DNA of 64,000 nucleotides from Phoronis australis (GCA_002633005.1 NMRA01000978.1:1-64000); one strand, 5' to 3'; numbered from the stretch's first letter, positions 1 to 13,420 are shown. Translations and numbers: made by a program. Notes: generated from the sequence alone by a model not told the origin.

Positions 1-12
1 TTCCTGCAATTT

Positions 13-42
13 AAATTACGCTCGTAATTACGAGCGTAATTT
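13..42. repeat. Perfect 30-bp palindrome
   Basis: aaattacgctcgtaattacgagcgtaattt is its own reverse complement. Confidence 0.85.
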
Positions 43-1740
43 TACGGCGACACTTTCCCCTCAACGGCCCACCATACCTTTCAACACAATACGTCATTAC
101 CTGTTGTTTATCAAAGACCACTTAGAACGATGCGTGAAATCTGATACTATCTACCGTGTTACATGTACGTAAGGAGAGTACACAGCCTCTAACCTTGCGA
201 ACCCTATCGTTCACTGGGAGCTTGTCTAGCATTGTATTACAGACGACCCAGTAATAATTCCAAAGATTATCAAACTTAGTTGAATACATTATGAATTTTT
301 AATTTAATTTTTATTCTTATGGTACAACACCACCTAAAATGGTCGCCGTTTGGCTTATGCATTACACTGTAAGTACTCACTCAACTACCGCTAACGAGGT
401 CTCGGCGGAAACACTTTTTATATAAACATCATAGCAAAATAAGGCAAGCCAGGTTGAGGGTTACAATACATGATGTACATCTATATTTCAGCGATATCGT
501 TCTACTGTCGAAATTCATCCTGTGTTGTTTTAAATTTGGGAATGTAAACTTAGGAAAACGTACCTTTAGAAGAAAGAAGTCAAGGTCTGGGAAGCGTTTC
601 AAGACATGAGACCAAAAACCTCTCTCATTTAGGAATGAGATTCTGGCTAGTTCAGAACAAAAACAAAATTTCGAAAACGACCATTTCTTAAACAAAAAGG
701 CAAGCCTGGTTTTGGTATTAGACCGAGACTAAGCCAGTATTCGCTCGTTTTTTTTGTCTCTAACGTAGAGGACCGAAACCGGGTTAACATGTGACTTATT
801 TGTCTTAATGTCATTGTGTGAAATCAGTTTCAGCTATCAGTGTCTGTTTAACTATCTACCGAGCAGATGTAATATCATATTTTGGTCTAAATGGAAAATT
901 TTCGACTGTCAACACAGTGAACTGTTAACGAAGAAATTTCGTTGCTGTATCATTATGTTTTGCAAACCATCAATCTGCTTTGATTCAGAATCCGGCAAGG
1001 CACCGCAGAGACAACTACATTGCTACTTACCTGGAAGTGTGAAGCCATATTTTCCAGCTATACCGGCACCTTCTTAAGTAAACAAGCCTAAAATTTTACT
1101 TATGACTCGCAATGTGTGGCACAACAATGGTCACGAAAATTCTCGACCATTCACGCATCCCGTCGTTTTAGTTTTGTAAATCAGCAAAAGGTAGCGAAAA
1201 TGTGCATGTAGTTAATGTTGTCAGCTGTGCGAAAACTGGCTCTTGACTAAGGTGAAAACCAAACACCAAAATGACTTAGGTACTTAGGTTTTGCGTGACT
1301 CACGAAACAATTTTTTTCAATTTAAGTCTTCAGTTTCAACCGAGCAAGAACCTTGGTTTTGACTGAGAAAAATATTTGGTTTGATGAATTTACTTTTGCT
1401 GCAACAGGTTCCATGTAACCGTCACTTACTATATGATACCGATGTCGATTATTTAAACATTGAAAAATTCCATAAACTTGTCCCTGGTTTTTAACGGACA
1501 GAACTCTAAATCAACATTACTTTTTGGCGAAAGACAAACTCATAGAGCCGCTTTAATAGAAATTGATCTCACCGAGAAGGCAAAGCGTTGGATACAACTT
1601 GCATCTGCTCTTCATCTTGTCTAGCTTGAAATTATCTTTTAAGTCTTCAACTTCAATGCTTACAACGACAATGTGAAATAACAATTCTATGTTTCTATTT
1701 ATACTTTAACGTATACCATTACTACACACGGGGCATGGTA

Positions 1741-2231
1741 CAGGGTGTTTCAAAGCCCACAACTGATTTGAAAACAAATATCGCGCAACTTACTCCTGTA
1801 GTATGTAATAGTGAAACCTAAATTTCATTTAGGCTGTTTCTACAGTTATGAAATTTGTTTCAACTTCTTACAAATTCAAATATAAAATAATATGACAGGA
1901 CTAACTAAATGTAACGGTTCGTTTCGTTGTTTGTTTGAGACGATATTCCAGAAATTGGCTCAACCCAGCGGGTTATTTCTGTGCTAAACTTTTTCTCAAG
2001 CTCTAACGAAAGGCGTGATCTTTCAAAGTCCCGAAGCCACTTCCTTTTGTTATAACGAAAAAAGTGGGACCATTGCCATAACAGTAAGTTGCCTTCATTA
2101 GATTTTTTATAGAAAGTGGTGTCATATATATTTTTTCCACGAGTGCCTGCTTGTTCCCAGTGCCCACTAAAGGTTGGCGATTTCAGAGAAACAACAGTGG
2201 TTACTTACACCCATTCTTTTGACACGCTCTG
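1741..2231. mobile_element. Tc1/mariner-like MITE
   Basis: ta|CAGGGTGTTTCAAA at left and TTTGACACGCTCTG|ca at right form a degenerate TIR; TA-type target; no ORF. Confidence 0.45.
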
Positions 2232-4439
2232 CATTTTTTTCGCAAATTTTCTGTGATCACGCCTAAATTACAGCATCTAGGAAAGCAATATAGTTTTAAT
2301 TAAAATTAGGTTTCATTAAGTGCCCGCAATTTAAAGTCGATAATTGCACGTTCAGTAAATAACGGACCACCCAGAGATGATTTTTACTGTTGACACTCAT
2401 TACAAACTTGTGCATGTCATAATTTTCGGTTAGCCTTTTCATATTTCTCCATTTAGAACTGCACGTCCATCCTTACATGTACAAGCAGTAAGGGCGAATC
2501 TTTTCAAGTGAAAACATTTTTCTCACGTGTAATTTCGTAATTGCCAATACATGTACGCTCCTTTTCACATCGGCAAACGACATTTTCAGCTTTTGGCAGT
2601 ACATATAAAACGTGATACAACATGCGCGATACTACGTATCAAAATGTTCTGTATAGTGCAGGTAGACAGTGCTGACTGAAAATCTCTTCCCATCGAACGC
2701 GGATATGTGTACCGCGTCTGGATACAGGTTCAAATGTGCGGACATCGTCGGGCCTGATTAATCCGAAATGAAGTCGCGTCCGTACTATGACTTGACTTCT
2801 GTTAAAGTTCGTTCCAAAACCATGACTGTCTCTGGAAATATGGGGTGGGGGTTCAGTTAGCGTATGACAAAATGATTACGTGTACAATGCCACACTATAG
2901 AAACCACGGGTCACGCGGATCTCGGTCGGGATTATAGATGTACATGTAAGATATCTGATGCAATGTTACTAAATAGTGACGTTTGTTAGATACAGCTACG
3001 TATCACCGACGTTGTCGCTTACTTTACCCAACTTTTCCTGATCCCTGGTCATGATTGCGATTTCAGAGGTGAACTTTTGAAAAACTTGGATCTGCGAGAA
3101 CGGCATGTGACTGTGATGTGTTTGGGAGGCACAGAATGGAAAATTTAATGAAATGAATAAAACTGTCTTTCTCGGCACAAATGTTAGTAGTTTGTCTNTT
3201 TTGCATAAACGGCACACCGCCACAGCTTGTGTATAAATTTCGACTTGGGCAATGTCCTCCGCCTTGTAAAGGAAAGTGAAAAATGAAATTATCTGTGAGG
3301 CGTGCCTATAGATTAACAAAAAGTTTACACCTATACCACGGACTATCCGGCGCAATAAACATTGAAGGCGCGCAACTCATAAATTTCATTTGCAATTTTG
3401 ATGTTTATGTTCTAAAAAAATCGAAACGACGCCATGGATTTTTTCAACAGCAACAAAAGCGATATTGACCAAATGACCCTCAAGTATACGCTTATAGCTG
3501 GCAAAATGTTTGTAAATAGCAAGTTAACGGGCATGTAGTGACAAGGCCCTATACCGTGGTCTAGGTTGGGTGAGCCACTAAAGAAGTAGTGTCGAGAGTG
3601 AACTTTCATAATTATAGACCCGTTGCCAAGGGGTTTGGGGAGGGGCGATCGACACCCCGCGGAAAAGGTCCAGTCCTAGCCTGTTAAGCGAACTGCCTTG
3701 GTTTTGTCTACCGCTAGAATCACCTTATCATTCATCAGCTACAAATTACGCACGCACGCAATGGTGTTCTATTTAGATCCCTATTCAATACAACTGTTAT
3801 CGGCCTTTTGTTGTTTGTGCTGGGATCTCGTGGGAACGCAACATGGCACGAAAAGGTAGCTTCACTTACATGTTTCATTTGACGGGCTTACCTTTGCGTG
3901 ATAGAACTCGCGTTTTCTTAACTTACTAAGGCTTTTCTAGGAATTTCTGGTTAGCCCAGTACATCTGTAATAACAAAATTCCTTTGAAGTTAGGCTTTAA
4001 GAAAATTGGGGAAATTTTGTTTGTTATCCCAATACATTCCTGATTGAAATACATCAAACAAGTGAACAATTTTTACAACATAATAAACATATTTAGGTGA
4101 AGATGCAAGTTTTGATGCTAAGATTAATCCACAAAAACCCCTCTAACACTACTTTTAGCAAAGCCAACGACCTTGTCTGGTGTAACTGTGGTAATCATTC
4201 ATGTTTGCAATTATCCCAGCATTTGATTTGATGTTATAATAATGCTGCTGGTTGTGGTAGTACTTGACACGCCCTTGATAAAAGTTCAATCAATTCAATC
4301 TGTGACGTTGTTGTTTGCAGTTTGTTTTTGTTATATTTTGCGAGGTTTTCCATCCCATATAAAATCTGATATAAGACTACTTATGGGCTTGACAAACTGA
4401 TGTGGTAGACCTGAAACATATATTACATAAATTAGTTTT

Positions 4440-4578
4440 ACCGGGGCAAGGGGGCCATGACCCCCTAAAATTCTCCCAGATTCCATTGGGCAGTTCGGAG
4501 GTGCGAATGTCTGACGGGCAAAATCCTGGCTAATATGCTGCCCTGCCCCCCCACTCAAAATCCTGGATACGCTCCTGG
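4440..4578 (+). mobile_element. ~140-bp MITE (CAG..GCGGAT-type termini), copy 1
   Basis: Clear similarity to 22230-22373 (inverted) and 45395-45533; ends aaaatcctggatacgctcctg. Confidence 0.75.
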
Positions 4579-4599
4579 ACTAGTCTGACATTTTTAGTG

Positions 4600-5458
4600 A
4601 GGTACCGGGTACAACCCATCTGGTTGAGTACAAGATTGAGACCATCAGTGAAGAGCTGGTGAGAGTCAAACCTTATCCCCTGCCACATACCACACAAACT
4701 GTTGTGCAGGAACAGGCTCATGTTAAAGAGTGGGGCCATAGAACCATCTGATGCGCCCTACAACTTTCCAGTGGTTTTGGTAAAAAAGAAAAATGGTTCA
4801 AATGGATTTTGTGTCAATTTTAGTCGTTTGAACGCCATCACCAATTTTGTCTCGGCCTGGGTCACCTTGATGACACCATGGCTAAGATCAGTAATGACCA
4901 GTACTTTACGGAGATTACTTTTTATAAAGGCTCCTGATAAGTCATTGCCGCCGACCAATCACTGCCTAAGACCTCGTTTGTAGTACCAAGTGATTGCTAC
5001 AAATTCAATTCGCATGATGAGGAAGATCTTGGCACAAGCACATAATACATAACATTATTTGGATCACACTCTGTGCCACAATATGACCTGGACTGAACAT
5101 CTTGCCTCATAATGAGACACTTTCCAACGTGCACGAGACGTGAGCTAACGATACAACTGTACGACCCATCAGGTGTTTGGTTGGATCTCGTTCCGTCGAT
5201 TGTTGCTGGGAACGGAATTACTCAGTCATTGAGGGATCGTGTTTGGCCATTGTGTTTGCTCTCAGAAAATTTGCAAAGTACTTGTAAAGAATTCATCATT
5301 CATACTGACCATCAACCTCTGGCGTACATTCAAAAAACAATGGACGCATCATTAGGCGGGGCTTGTTTTTGAAAGGCTATCGATTTAAGATTGAAGCTAT
5401 TAGAAGCTTGGAGAAGTTTGAATGTAATACTGATTACTTTAGCAGGTTAGAGTATTGA
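4600..5458 (+). pseudogene. pol: Degenerate Ty3/Gypsy pol (RT N-terminus and RNase H), Gmr1-like
   Basis: MLKSGAIEPSDAPYNFPVVLVKKKNGSNGFCVNFSRLNAIT matches the Gypsy RT start; KEFIIHTDHQPLAYI and ..GYRFKIEAI..NTDYFSRLEY* match the RNase H end; many frameshifts and deletions. Confidence 0.9.
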
Positions 5459-5540
5459 TTAAACTTGGAAATTGGGTAATCAATCTAAGTGTTATTCAAT
5501 TTTTTAAGTTTTACTTGGTAGGAAAATGTCCAGAAATATT

Positions 5541-5640
5541 TTCTTGAGGAGGAGCTTAATTGTCAGCATAAATATTGATTATGTAATTAGAAGAGTTAGT
5601 TCCATTTAAGTTGTCCGAAGTTTGTACATCTGTTCTTTTA
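5541..5640 (+). mobile_element. Polypurine tract and start of 3' LTR of the Gypsy remnant
   Basis: ttcttGAGGAGGAGcttaat followed by TGTCA at 5561, about 90 bp after the RNase H stop; LTR end not defined. Confidence 0.55.
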
Positions 5641-5759
5641 AACCATCGGATTGGTTGATTTATTCATTTAATAAATATTTATTACATTAAAAATATTTAT
5701 TACAGTAATTGTTCCTGGCTTCTGATTGACTGAAGAATTGTTACTGTAATATATATATA

Positions 5760-5830
5760 TAGATTATTACATGGCGAAGTCGTTATCCCCGGAGCCCGAG
5801 TGGAATTTGGAGAATTATCGCCCGAGGGGC
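5760..5830 (+). repeat. Fragment of a palindromic interspersed repeat (copy 1 of 3)
   Basis: tagattattacatggcgaagtcgttatcccc..gagcccgagtgga is shared with 27672-27797 and 46336-46499. Confidence 0.75.
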
Positions 5831-6059
5831 GTTACTATATATCTAGATACTTTATTTCGCCATATGGAAACACGATATCATAGTTTAACACATATTTACA
5901 ATGGCAGGGAGACCTCCTGTGGGCCGCTTAGGGGAAGACCACCTTCAAAAAAATGAGGACGGCGGTATGCACAACTGGGCATATTCTGTAAAATTGCTAC
6001 TTAAAACCAACAGGTTGGGAGAGGTACGGTTATACAGACCGGGTGACTTAGATTTATTC

Positions 6060-6495
6060 TTTACAGAATTGTAATTAATAATTTGAAAAAATATCAATTT
6101 TATTGTACTATCAAAACAAAACTACTGTGTGAAAATACGTGTACGTTTAGACCCGTACCTAAGGAAAATACTTGCTCGTTTTAGTTGCTCAGTGCACAAG
6201 TTTTAAATTGAAACAGGGTGGCACGCAGTTCTAACCGAGGATTAAAAAATTAGTGGAATATGCAATACTAGTCAAATCGAAAACGAGATTTATGTATCAC
6301 TGTCCTGTCCTTGGTGAGAGCTCAAATTTGATGACGAATACGACAGACGATGCCAGAATAGTAAGATTATTTCAAAGCCATGAAGTTTGAGAAGTACTGA
6401 AAAGCCTGGCGTTATACATGTATATTTCAAGAACAACAGTGCTAGAGATGAAAATTTATCATTGTAATTGTAATGTAAACTTCAATAAACATGTC
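6060..6495 (+). mobile_element. 3' end of a non-LTR retrotransposon (RTE-X-like ORF2 C-terminal zinc-finger region)
   Basis: LRKILARFSCSVHKF*IETGWH...GICNTSQIENEIYVSLSCP resembles the FRCSxHxLxIETGR..CxxC..IEDExHFLLxCP motif; followed by aataaa near 6485. Confidence 0.75.
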
Positions 6496-6943
6496 GAGAT
6501 TAATGAACCTGATTCTGATAGCCGGTTGAGTCGGCGGAACCGGCGAAGTCATGGTGCATATAATGATACGTTAGCGTGAAGGCATCTGCACCATTTTCGA
6601 ATTCACAGTTTTTGGTTTGGTCAACCCTAATAAACTTTGATGAGTTTTATTGTGTCTCGGACGGTAACGGAAATAGAATCGTGTCACGGTAAGGTATATT
6701 GTGAGAGCAAGTGGCTCATTTGATGCTTGTTTTAGTCAGATGAACATGCAGGGCCAAATATAGCTTACATACGTAGAAAATCATGTCTAAGGGAATGTAT
6801 TTAAGAAATGGAGTTATCTGCCAGACAACGTTCGTCTTTATCGGCCGATATCTCCATTGAAGATTTGCAACGTAGTCGAATTCAATTGGCTGTCTGTTCT
6901 CAAACTATCAGTGTCAGATTAGTTTCCCGGGGATAACAAGCTA

Positions 6944-7799
6944 TACAAGAGCGCCTCAACAAAGGAACAGCGTTATCAGAAAATCTCAAATAACTCAAAA
7001 AGTAGACGTCCTAGCGAAAAATGGAAAACACCTTCTGAAAGCCCGTTCAAAAATCTGATGGTATCGCCTAATTCCGTAATTTTTTCGAAAAAAAATAAAA
7101 TTTTGCGTTTTTTAAAGGAATTCAAAGACAAATAACTCGAAAACGGTAAGTCTGAGAACAAAATTGTTACAGGCCATTTGAACGAATATACTTCAAAGAA
7201 TCCACATGCAAAAAATTATGTCTTTTTATCTTCCCCTTTAAAATCGATCTCCAGCACGACTGAAAATGGGTCAACATGCGCCAGATCCACCATCTTGAAA
7301 GCAACTTCCGGTTTTTTTGGCTTTGTATAATAGCATGTCATAAGAACCTAATACCTGTAAAAATTCGAAGTAACTGGTTTTATAATGCGCCCTCTACAAG
7401 GGAAAACGTTTTTTAGGCCAAAATCGAGGTGCGCATGCGCGATCGCCGATATTTCCGCCATATTTAGCCGGAAGTAAACAATTTCCAGTATATTTGTAGA
7501 AAACTTCCAGTCCATTTACTGTTCCGATTTTTAGCCTTTTACGTAAAAACTGTATCCTCCAGAAGCATTTGAACCTTTAAATTAAAACAAAATGGCAGCC
7601 ACAGCCGCCATCTTGGATCTGATTTTGACGAAAAACAATAGGTCTCCAGTACTTCTGGAAGTACGTGTTATGTGTAAATTTCGAGATGATCGGACGAAAA
7701 TTGCGACCTGTATCGTGTGAACAAACAAAAAAAAAAACAAACTTAGTGGAACAGCAACATACATATACTTGGCGAAATTTATTTCGCCAAGTAAAAATA
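6944..7799 (-). mobile_element. Helentron-associated (DINE-1/HINE-like) non-autonomous element
   Basis: Terminal hairpin acttggcgaaat-tt-atttcgccaagt next to an A-run at one end and acaagagcg at the other; internal gccgccatcttgga motifs. Confidence 0.4.
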
Positions 7800-9031
7800 G
7801 AAGCCCTACTGACTCGTTCTGGCTCGGTCGTCGATATCTTTTCATCTCCACTGGTCGCACAATAGCTTCTCCCAGCCCCCTGGAGCTCCCTCCAACAGTT
7901 ATTAAAATTATCTAGCTTCAGCCCCCGGTCACCACAATGTTCAAGCCGCCCGGTCGCCTTAATTTTCGAGATTGCCCCTAAGGTGTAGTTTGCTTACTAG
8001 CTTACTGAAATTTCCAAACAAGCAAGCACAGACAGGGAAACGTCAAGCTCCTGGGCTTCTTTGTGAATTGTCGCACCTGATCAGTATTGCATGACAAGAA
8101 CAATGTAGACAACAGCTCCAGGCAATTTACGTGCTGAGATCTCAAGCTCTGTTCCCACTACCCTTGGTCCTGCACATCTCCAACATGGTCCCCAACCCAT
8201 CGTTGGTGCATCGGACCTGACCGTCCCTTGGATAAAGGGATCACCAAATGGAACTCCTAACAACAGATGCTTTGCCTAAGACTCCCACAGAAGGTAAAAT
8301 GTTGGGACCGTTTTATCCGAGGTCCTAAGCCCCGTCGTAGCTAAACAGGTCGTAAGCACGTTATTGCAAACGCGACGTCAGTTTTTGGGAAGCAATAATC
8401 TTGCCCGAAAACCTCAGTAAATTGTCGTCGAAGTACTGAAAGACACAATAATGGCTACAATGCTGACCTACCCGTGATACATGAAGTCGCTTAAATATTG
8501 ATGAGCACCCGTGGAGAGGATGTCAGATCGAACAGGAGCACGCTAATATCACAAGTGCGCAGAAGTGGGCCTAGCGCCATGTACATTTAAGAGTCCTGCA
8601 AGTCGAGAGGCTAATTCCTTGACTGGATCGAGAATTTCTATTCAGATATGCCTTTTGACAATAAAATCATTGTGGATATGTAAAGTCAGGATAGGTCGAT
8701 GACCCACGATGACCCACGGATTTAATACGAACTGTGAAAAGGTGGAGTTAAATTCGTCGTGCTCATTTTGAAGAAGCACAGGTTCTGTGGCTCGTTCCCT
8801 TAACACGGTACTGGCTTCTTCAAACAAACAATTTCGTCATGTTTGAAATTTACTTTGTACTTTTCTTTTGTCCCTGAGAGAGGGGAGGTGATGAGTGAAC
8901 TCCAGTTTTACCCATTTTTCAGTGCAAATCTTTGTGCATCTGTGTTAGATTGGGAGCATAAAACCCTATGCCATCCGCTTCTGGTCCTGAGAGTTCTTCC
9001 CGGACTGAAAGTCTCGTGGAGGTGCAAAATA

Positions 9032-9671
9032 ATAGAGAGGTTTCGCAAAGCGACGTGAAACTGAATTATCACCATATATAATTGCGCGTGCCGATTCACG
9101 TTACAGTAAGAAAATGGGTTTCGCAACAGTTAAAATTTTACGTGAACGTGAAACTTAAACGTTAACCGAATAACTGAGCTCAGGGTGTCCAGTTATTTTA
9201 GGCCTAGTACACGTCAGCTAGTTTACAAAAAACTTATTGAAGTCACTTTGTCAACTTTCTTTATTTGAAAAAAGTTGTTTCTACGAACTCCTGCGAGAAA
9301 TGGTCAAGTCTTAGAATGCGAAATTTATTTGCAGTTTCAAATAAATAGATGCATTTAAATTAAGCATGTAAACAAAATTAACAACACAAAATTATATCTC
9401 TTTTAAAAATACATTCTAGTTCGATGATATCCAGCGAATCCCGGCAGAATAAGGATTTTGGGAACGGTACTTTCTTGCATATAAACTTTAAGAACATTTA
9501 TAGACAAAAGAATAGTGAAGCAAAGAAGAGAGATTGAGAACCGTATCATTTCGGTGTCTTGTCAAATATGATTAAAAAATGGGCTATCGGGATTACGTTA
9601 CAGCCAACAATGGCGCGGATTTAGAAATGTGTGATTATTCACGTTCACGTCGCTTTGTGGAATCTCTCTAT
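9032..9671. mobile_element. 640-bp MITE with ~28-bp TIRs (PIF/Harbinger-like)
   Basis: ATAGAGAGGTTTCGCAAAGCGACGTGAA ... TTCACGTCGCTTTGTGGAATCTCTCTAT. Confidence 0.8.
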
Positions 9672-11245
9672 ACTGCTAATTAAGGCTAAAGTGAAACTTA
9701 CTGGGTCTGCGACGGGGGCCCTGACTCTGCTTCACAGTCGAAGAAGAGAAAAGTTGGGTTGTAAGAACAGGGCTTCACTGATTGACCATGACAACCATAG
9801 CGTTTGGCTTGTTATAAGCATCCCACCGTGAATAAGAGGCAGTTGCTTCATGGCCACTAATTTTTTTCGTTGCGTTTTGCATCCTTCAGCAAAGTGATTA
9901 AGCTCTACACCATTCACGTGTTCGTCATCCAGAACCGAGAGCTTAAAATTTGCACCAAGGCTAACAGAGTTGATGAGGTGTGCCCTACCAGATAGATATT
10001 GGACGTTTGAGTCAACGCACTAGAGGAACTGAGTTCCTATAGGATTAGTCATCGGTTTTGTTCGTTTGTTGGCGTTTGAATACAGCGAAGTGTGCTGCAG
10101 AGGTTGTTGCCACTAATTATCCAACTAGCCACAACAAATTATTAGTCTTATTTGAGGGGACGTTAGTAACTGTACTTCGTTTATTGTTATGCTTATTAAG
10201 TTGCTATTGTTCATTTATTCTTATGCTTAAAGTAGAATGCCACCCAAAAACAATTTACATCGAGTAGTTCCACTCGATAACAGTTCAGCTCTTTTACCTG
10301 ACACCTCACGGCAGACGGCGGCGTTGCGATTAACCAATGACGTCCTAGGTTCGAATGCAGCCTGTTCAGCAGTTCAAAACACGCTTACTGGTGTCAGCTT
10401 TAGCTTGAATTCATCGTTTTACACCAAGAAATCATCAAATTCGATGTAAAACCCTTACAAATACACAGAGTTCTTGAACAAACGTGTTGTTATTTCGCTG
10501 TTACGGATTTATAAGCATTTGAACGTACCGTTGCCTACAAACTTCAGTAGGCCAATTTTCCAAGGTCGGTCGCGGGAATTAGGGGTCTGTTCGGTGATAA
10601 ATTCAAATTATTCTTCCGTGATATACTGAAAGGAGAACATAGCTGTGTGTTGAAATTTTAGACTTGCGATTTTTCGTTCTATTCACACAAAACGCTTGTT
10701 ATCCCGGTCAGTAGCTTGGAACCCGGATCCGGCAGGCCCGTCCCGGCCGGACTGAAGACGTCACGAACATAAACCAAACTTGGAAACTAAACTTCCAGTT
10801 ACGAAAAAACTATACTTGTGAGCCAAAAAATAATGTGCACGTGATTATTTTGATGTGAATTAGCCGGGAAACTGCAAATCTACTTACTCGTCGAGGGCCG
10901 CTAAGGCATACTTCCCCGTTCCACAGAACCGTCCGGGCAAAAGTTGTACAATAACAATGATTCGAATGATGTACTATATCTAAATAAAGATTATTCTAAC
11001 AACTGACCATAGTATATAAAATCGAGCTATTGTTTCACAACAACTTATGTTACCAAGCACTAATAAGCATGCGCTCACACGGCCTAGATGGGCGGACATT
11101 TAGCTTTATTGCATCTAAAGCCGGTAACGAAGTGATTTTTTCCTTGCTGGATTCTCAAAACATCTGCAGCCACAAACACTCCAAGGGTATGGTTAGGGTG
11201 AGAATAATTCATTTTGAAACAGAACGCACAGTAATAAATGTCAAC

Positions 11246-11510
11246 ATGGCAACTTGCAATCCCGACTTAGACGAGTACTCATCCGACGAAGATTTCACAG
11301 GTGGATCGTTAGGTTTCACAGGCTATCAGTTCGAACCGGAATACACTGATTAAGTCAAGAAATACTAGAGATGAGCCGTTAAAGTGTCTCAGGCAACAGG
11401 AACATATGGATAGTTCCGAAAACCGTTTGAATGACTAGTCATGGTGTCAGAGCGCTAACTGCACGAGAATGGAAACGATTGACGCGTGCGTTTGCTGCTA
11501 CGAATTTCCG
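11246..11510 (+). pseudogene. P2X7 C-terminal (ballast)/nanor-like Zn-binding ORF remnant
   Basis: MATCNPDLDEYSSDEDF..GYQFEPEYTD, then ENRLND*SWCQSANCTRMETIDACVCCYEFP, matching YQFEP and WCxCxxCxxMxTxxECxCCxE; in-frame stops. Confidence 0.75.
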
Positions 11511-11519
11511 CACGTAAAA

Positions 11520-11735
11520 CGCCTCCTTGTCGACGATATGGCGGCCACACACGGAACGAAGATGTTTCACAGCCTCATTCTTGGTATTAACGGCGTAGTT
11601 TTCATTCGTAGTGCCGCAAACCACTTCTGATGCATTTTGGGCTCTCGAGGAAATCGAAAAAATGATATACCCGCTTTCATCTCAGCTTCATAGTTCGCAC
11701 AAGTGGGAACGACACGACACACCATACCGGGACTC
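11520..11735 (-). pseudogene. THAP-domain ORF remnant
   Basis: VVPTCANYEAEMKAGISFFRFPREPKMHQKWFAA...HLR.CGRH with frameshifts; matches ORF 43429-43701. Confidence 0.8.
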
Positions 11736-12139
11736 CCTTTGCAGAAGAACCACTGACGTCGCTGCGTTATTTACTCACCTTCCTCACAGGTAAACGCGAC
11801 ACCTCTCTCGGCGAGGTAAGATCGACCGTATCGTATACGAGGTGATGTGGATACAGACCGATTAACACGATAAAAAAGACTAATTAAATCAGGTGGCATT
11901 CTCTTTTAATGTCTTTGTTGTGTATCAAAGCGCTGTATAGCCTTTGTCATACAGGCGTGACTGTATATGTCATGCACTTCGTAGAAGGGGGTTATCTCAC
12001 ATTATTGGGGGTGATTCTAGGACTGATTGTGTTCCTTGCATTTCATTCTTCGTTATGGATTCGCAGTGTGACAAATACATGTATGTGAGGTGCTTGGCGA
12101 GTTAACTTATCCATTTACATAGACTTTAACTCTGACAAA

Positions 12140-13420
12140 TTGGTTAATAAGTGTGTTAATTTCGTACGTGAAGACCATTTCAAGGATTTCAAATTGAAAA
12201 TTTCCAAAGCTTCTGTTACTGATGAGTCGTTTCTCCGTGAGTGTTCTGGTAGAAGTGATGAAAATATGTCATCGTTGATTTCATTGATAGGTGAGTTGTC
12301 TCCTGTTCAAAAGAAACTGATGTCATCTGTCGTTAGGTCCGGTGGCTGTAGCAGTGTTGAGAGTAAACATGTGTCTTCAAGTGCGAACTCATGGGGTAAT
12401 GTTGTTCGTAGTGACCTTGTTCACTTACCAACGTTTTCAGGTTGTGATAGCGCAGGTATTTCCTTTCAACAGTGGTTATGCGAAGTTCAGTGACTGCAAC
12501 TCACGTTGCAAAACGATGGTTTACTGAAACAAGCGATCAGGCGCTCGTTGAGTGGCAGTGTAGCTGAATTGCTTGAATCTGATTTGAGTGTAGACGAGTT
12601 ACTTAGTACGTTAAATTCTAAATACGGTGATGCGTTGCCTGTTTGGAAAATTGTTGAAAAAATTCTACTGTTCACGACAGGATAAAAATGAAAGCGTTAC
12701 CGGGTGCTTAGAGAAATTAGAAATTCAAATGAAAAAATCTGAATCATGCCCTATTGCGAAAGAGGTGCTGCCATCTGTGCTAAAATCACATTTCGTGTCT
12801 GATTTTGCAGTCAAGTGACGTCAAACTTGGTCTAAAGCATCTTGTGGAACACGATAGTGGGGAATCATTTGACGATCTGCTGATTCGCGTCCGTCGTTTA
12901 GGCACTGACATCAGCAGAAAATCGCAGTCACGTCACTTTCTTGATGGTGTTAATAAACTCGATAAAATGGTCACTATGATTGATGCTTTGGCTAAAAGAA
13001 TAGAGAAATTTGAAGGTAGTTTCACTAGAAGTAGATCCAATGTTTTCAACGCAAAAACTGTGTTCGCGGACAGCCAGTATGGTAACGTGGACAGGTAGCG
13101 TTTAGAGCGACAGGATGTTGGCCAGTCTCTTGATGTGCGGGCTGACAACTTTTTACACAGTTTTGACGACGNTATTAATCAAATGTGACTGTTGAAGAGC
13201 TCCTCTAACCACTACATGTACATGTAGATCCAATGTTTTCAACGCAAAAACTGTGTTCGCGGACAGCCAGTATGGTAACGTGGACAGGTAGCGTTTAGAG
13301 CGACAGGATGCTGGCCAGTCTCTTGATGTGCGGGCTGACAACTTTTTACACAGTTTTGACGACGTTTGTTTCCGGTGCCATGAATACGGCCATAGGGCTG
13401 CCAATTGCATGGTTGCTTTA
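12140..13420 (+). pseudogene. gag: PNMA-like Gypsy gag remnant with CCHC zinc knuckle
   Basis: LPTFSG...SFQQWLCEVQ, LKQAIRRSL.G, FYCSRQ..NESV capsid-type motifs; CFRCHEYGHRAANC knuckle at about 13367-13408. Confidence 0.8.

Larger units (their letters stand above)
10631..11905 (-). mobile_element. Internally deleted Kolobok-type DNA transposon, copy 1
   Basis: Termini tgaa|AGGAGAA ... TTCTCTT|ttaa (TTAA target, purine-purine ends); carries convergent THAP and P2X7-like remnants; homologous to the element starting at 43268. Confidence 0.75.

Noticed and set aside
6609-6770. Possible plus-strand exon pair with a 47-nt intron
   Set aside because: Splicing leads quickly to a stop, the peptide is unrecognisable and no other exons support it.
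9732-10020. Minus-strand open frame of about 96 codons after a possible acceptor
   Set aside because: No recognisable homology; within chance expectation for a 64-kb window.
13031-13363. Internal 140-bp duplication in gag
   Set aside because: Near-identical copies flank a single N, so it is probably an assembly overlap.
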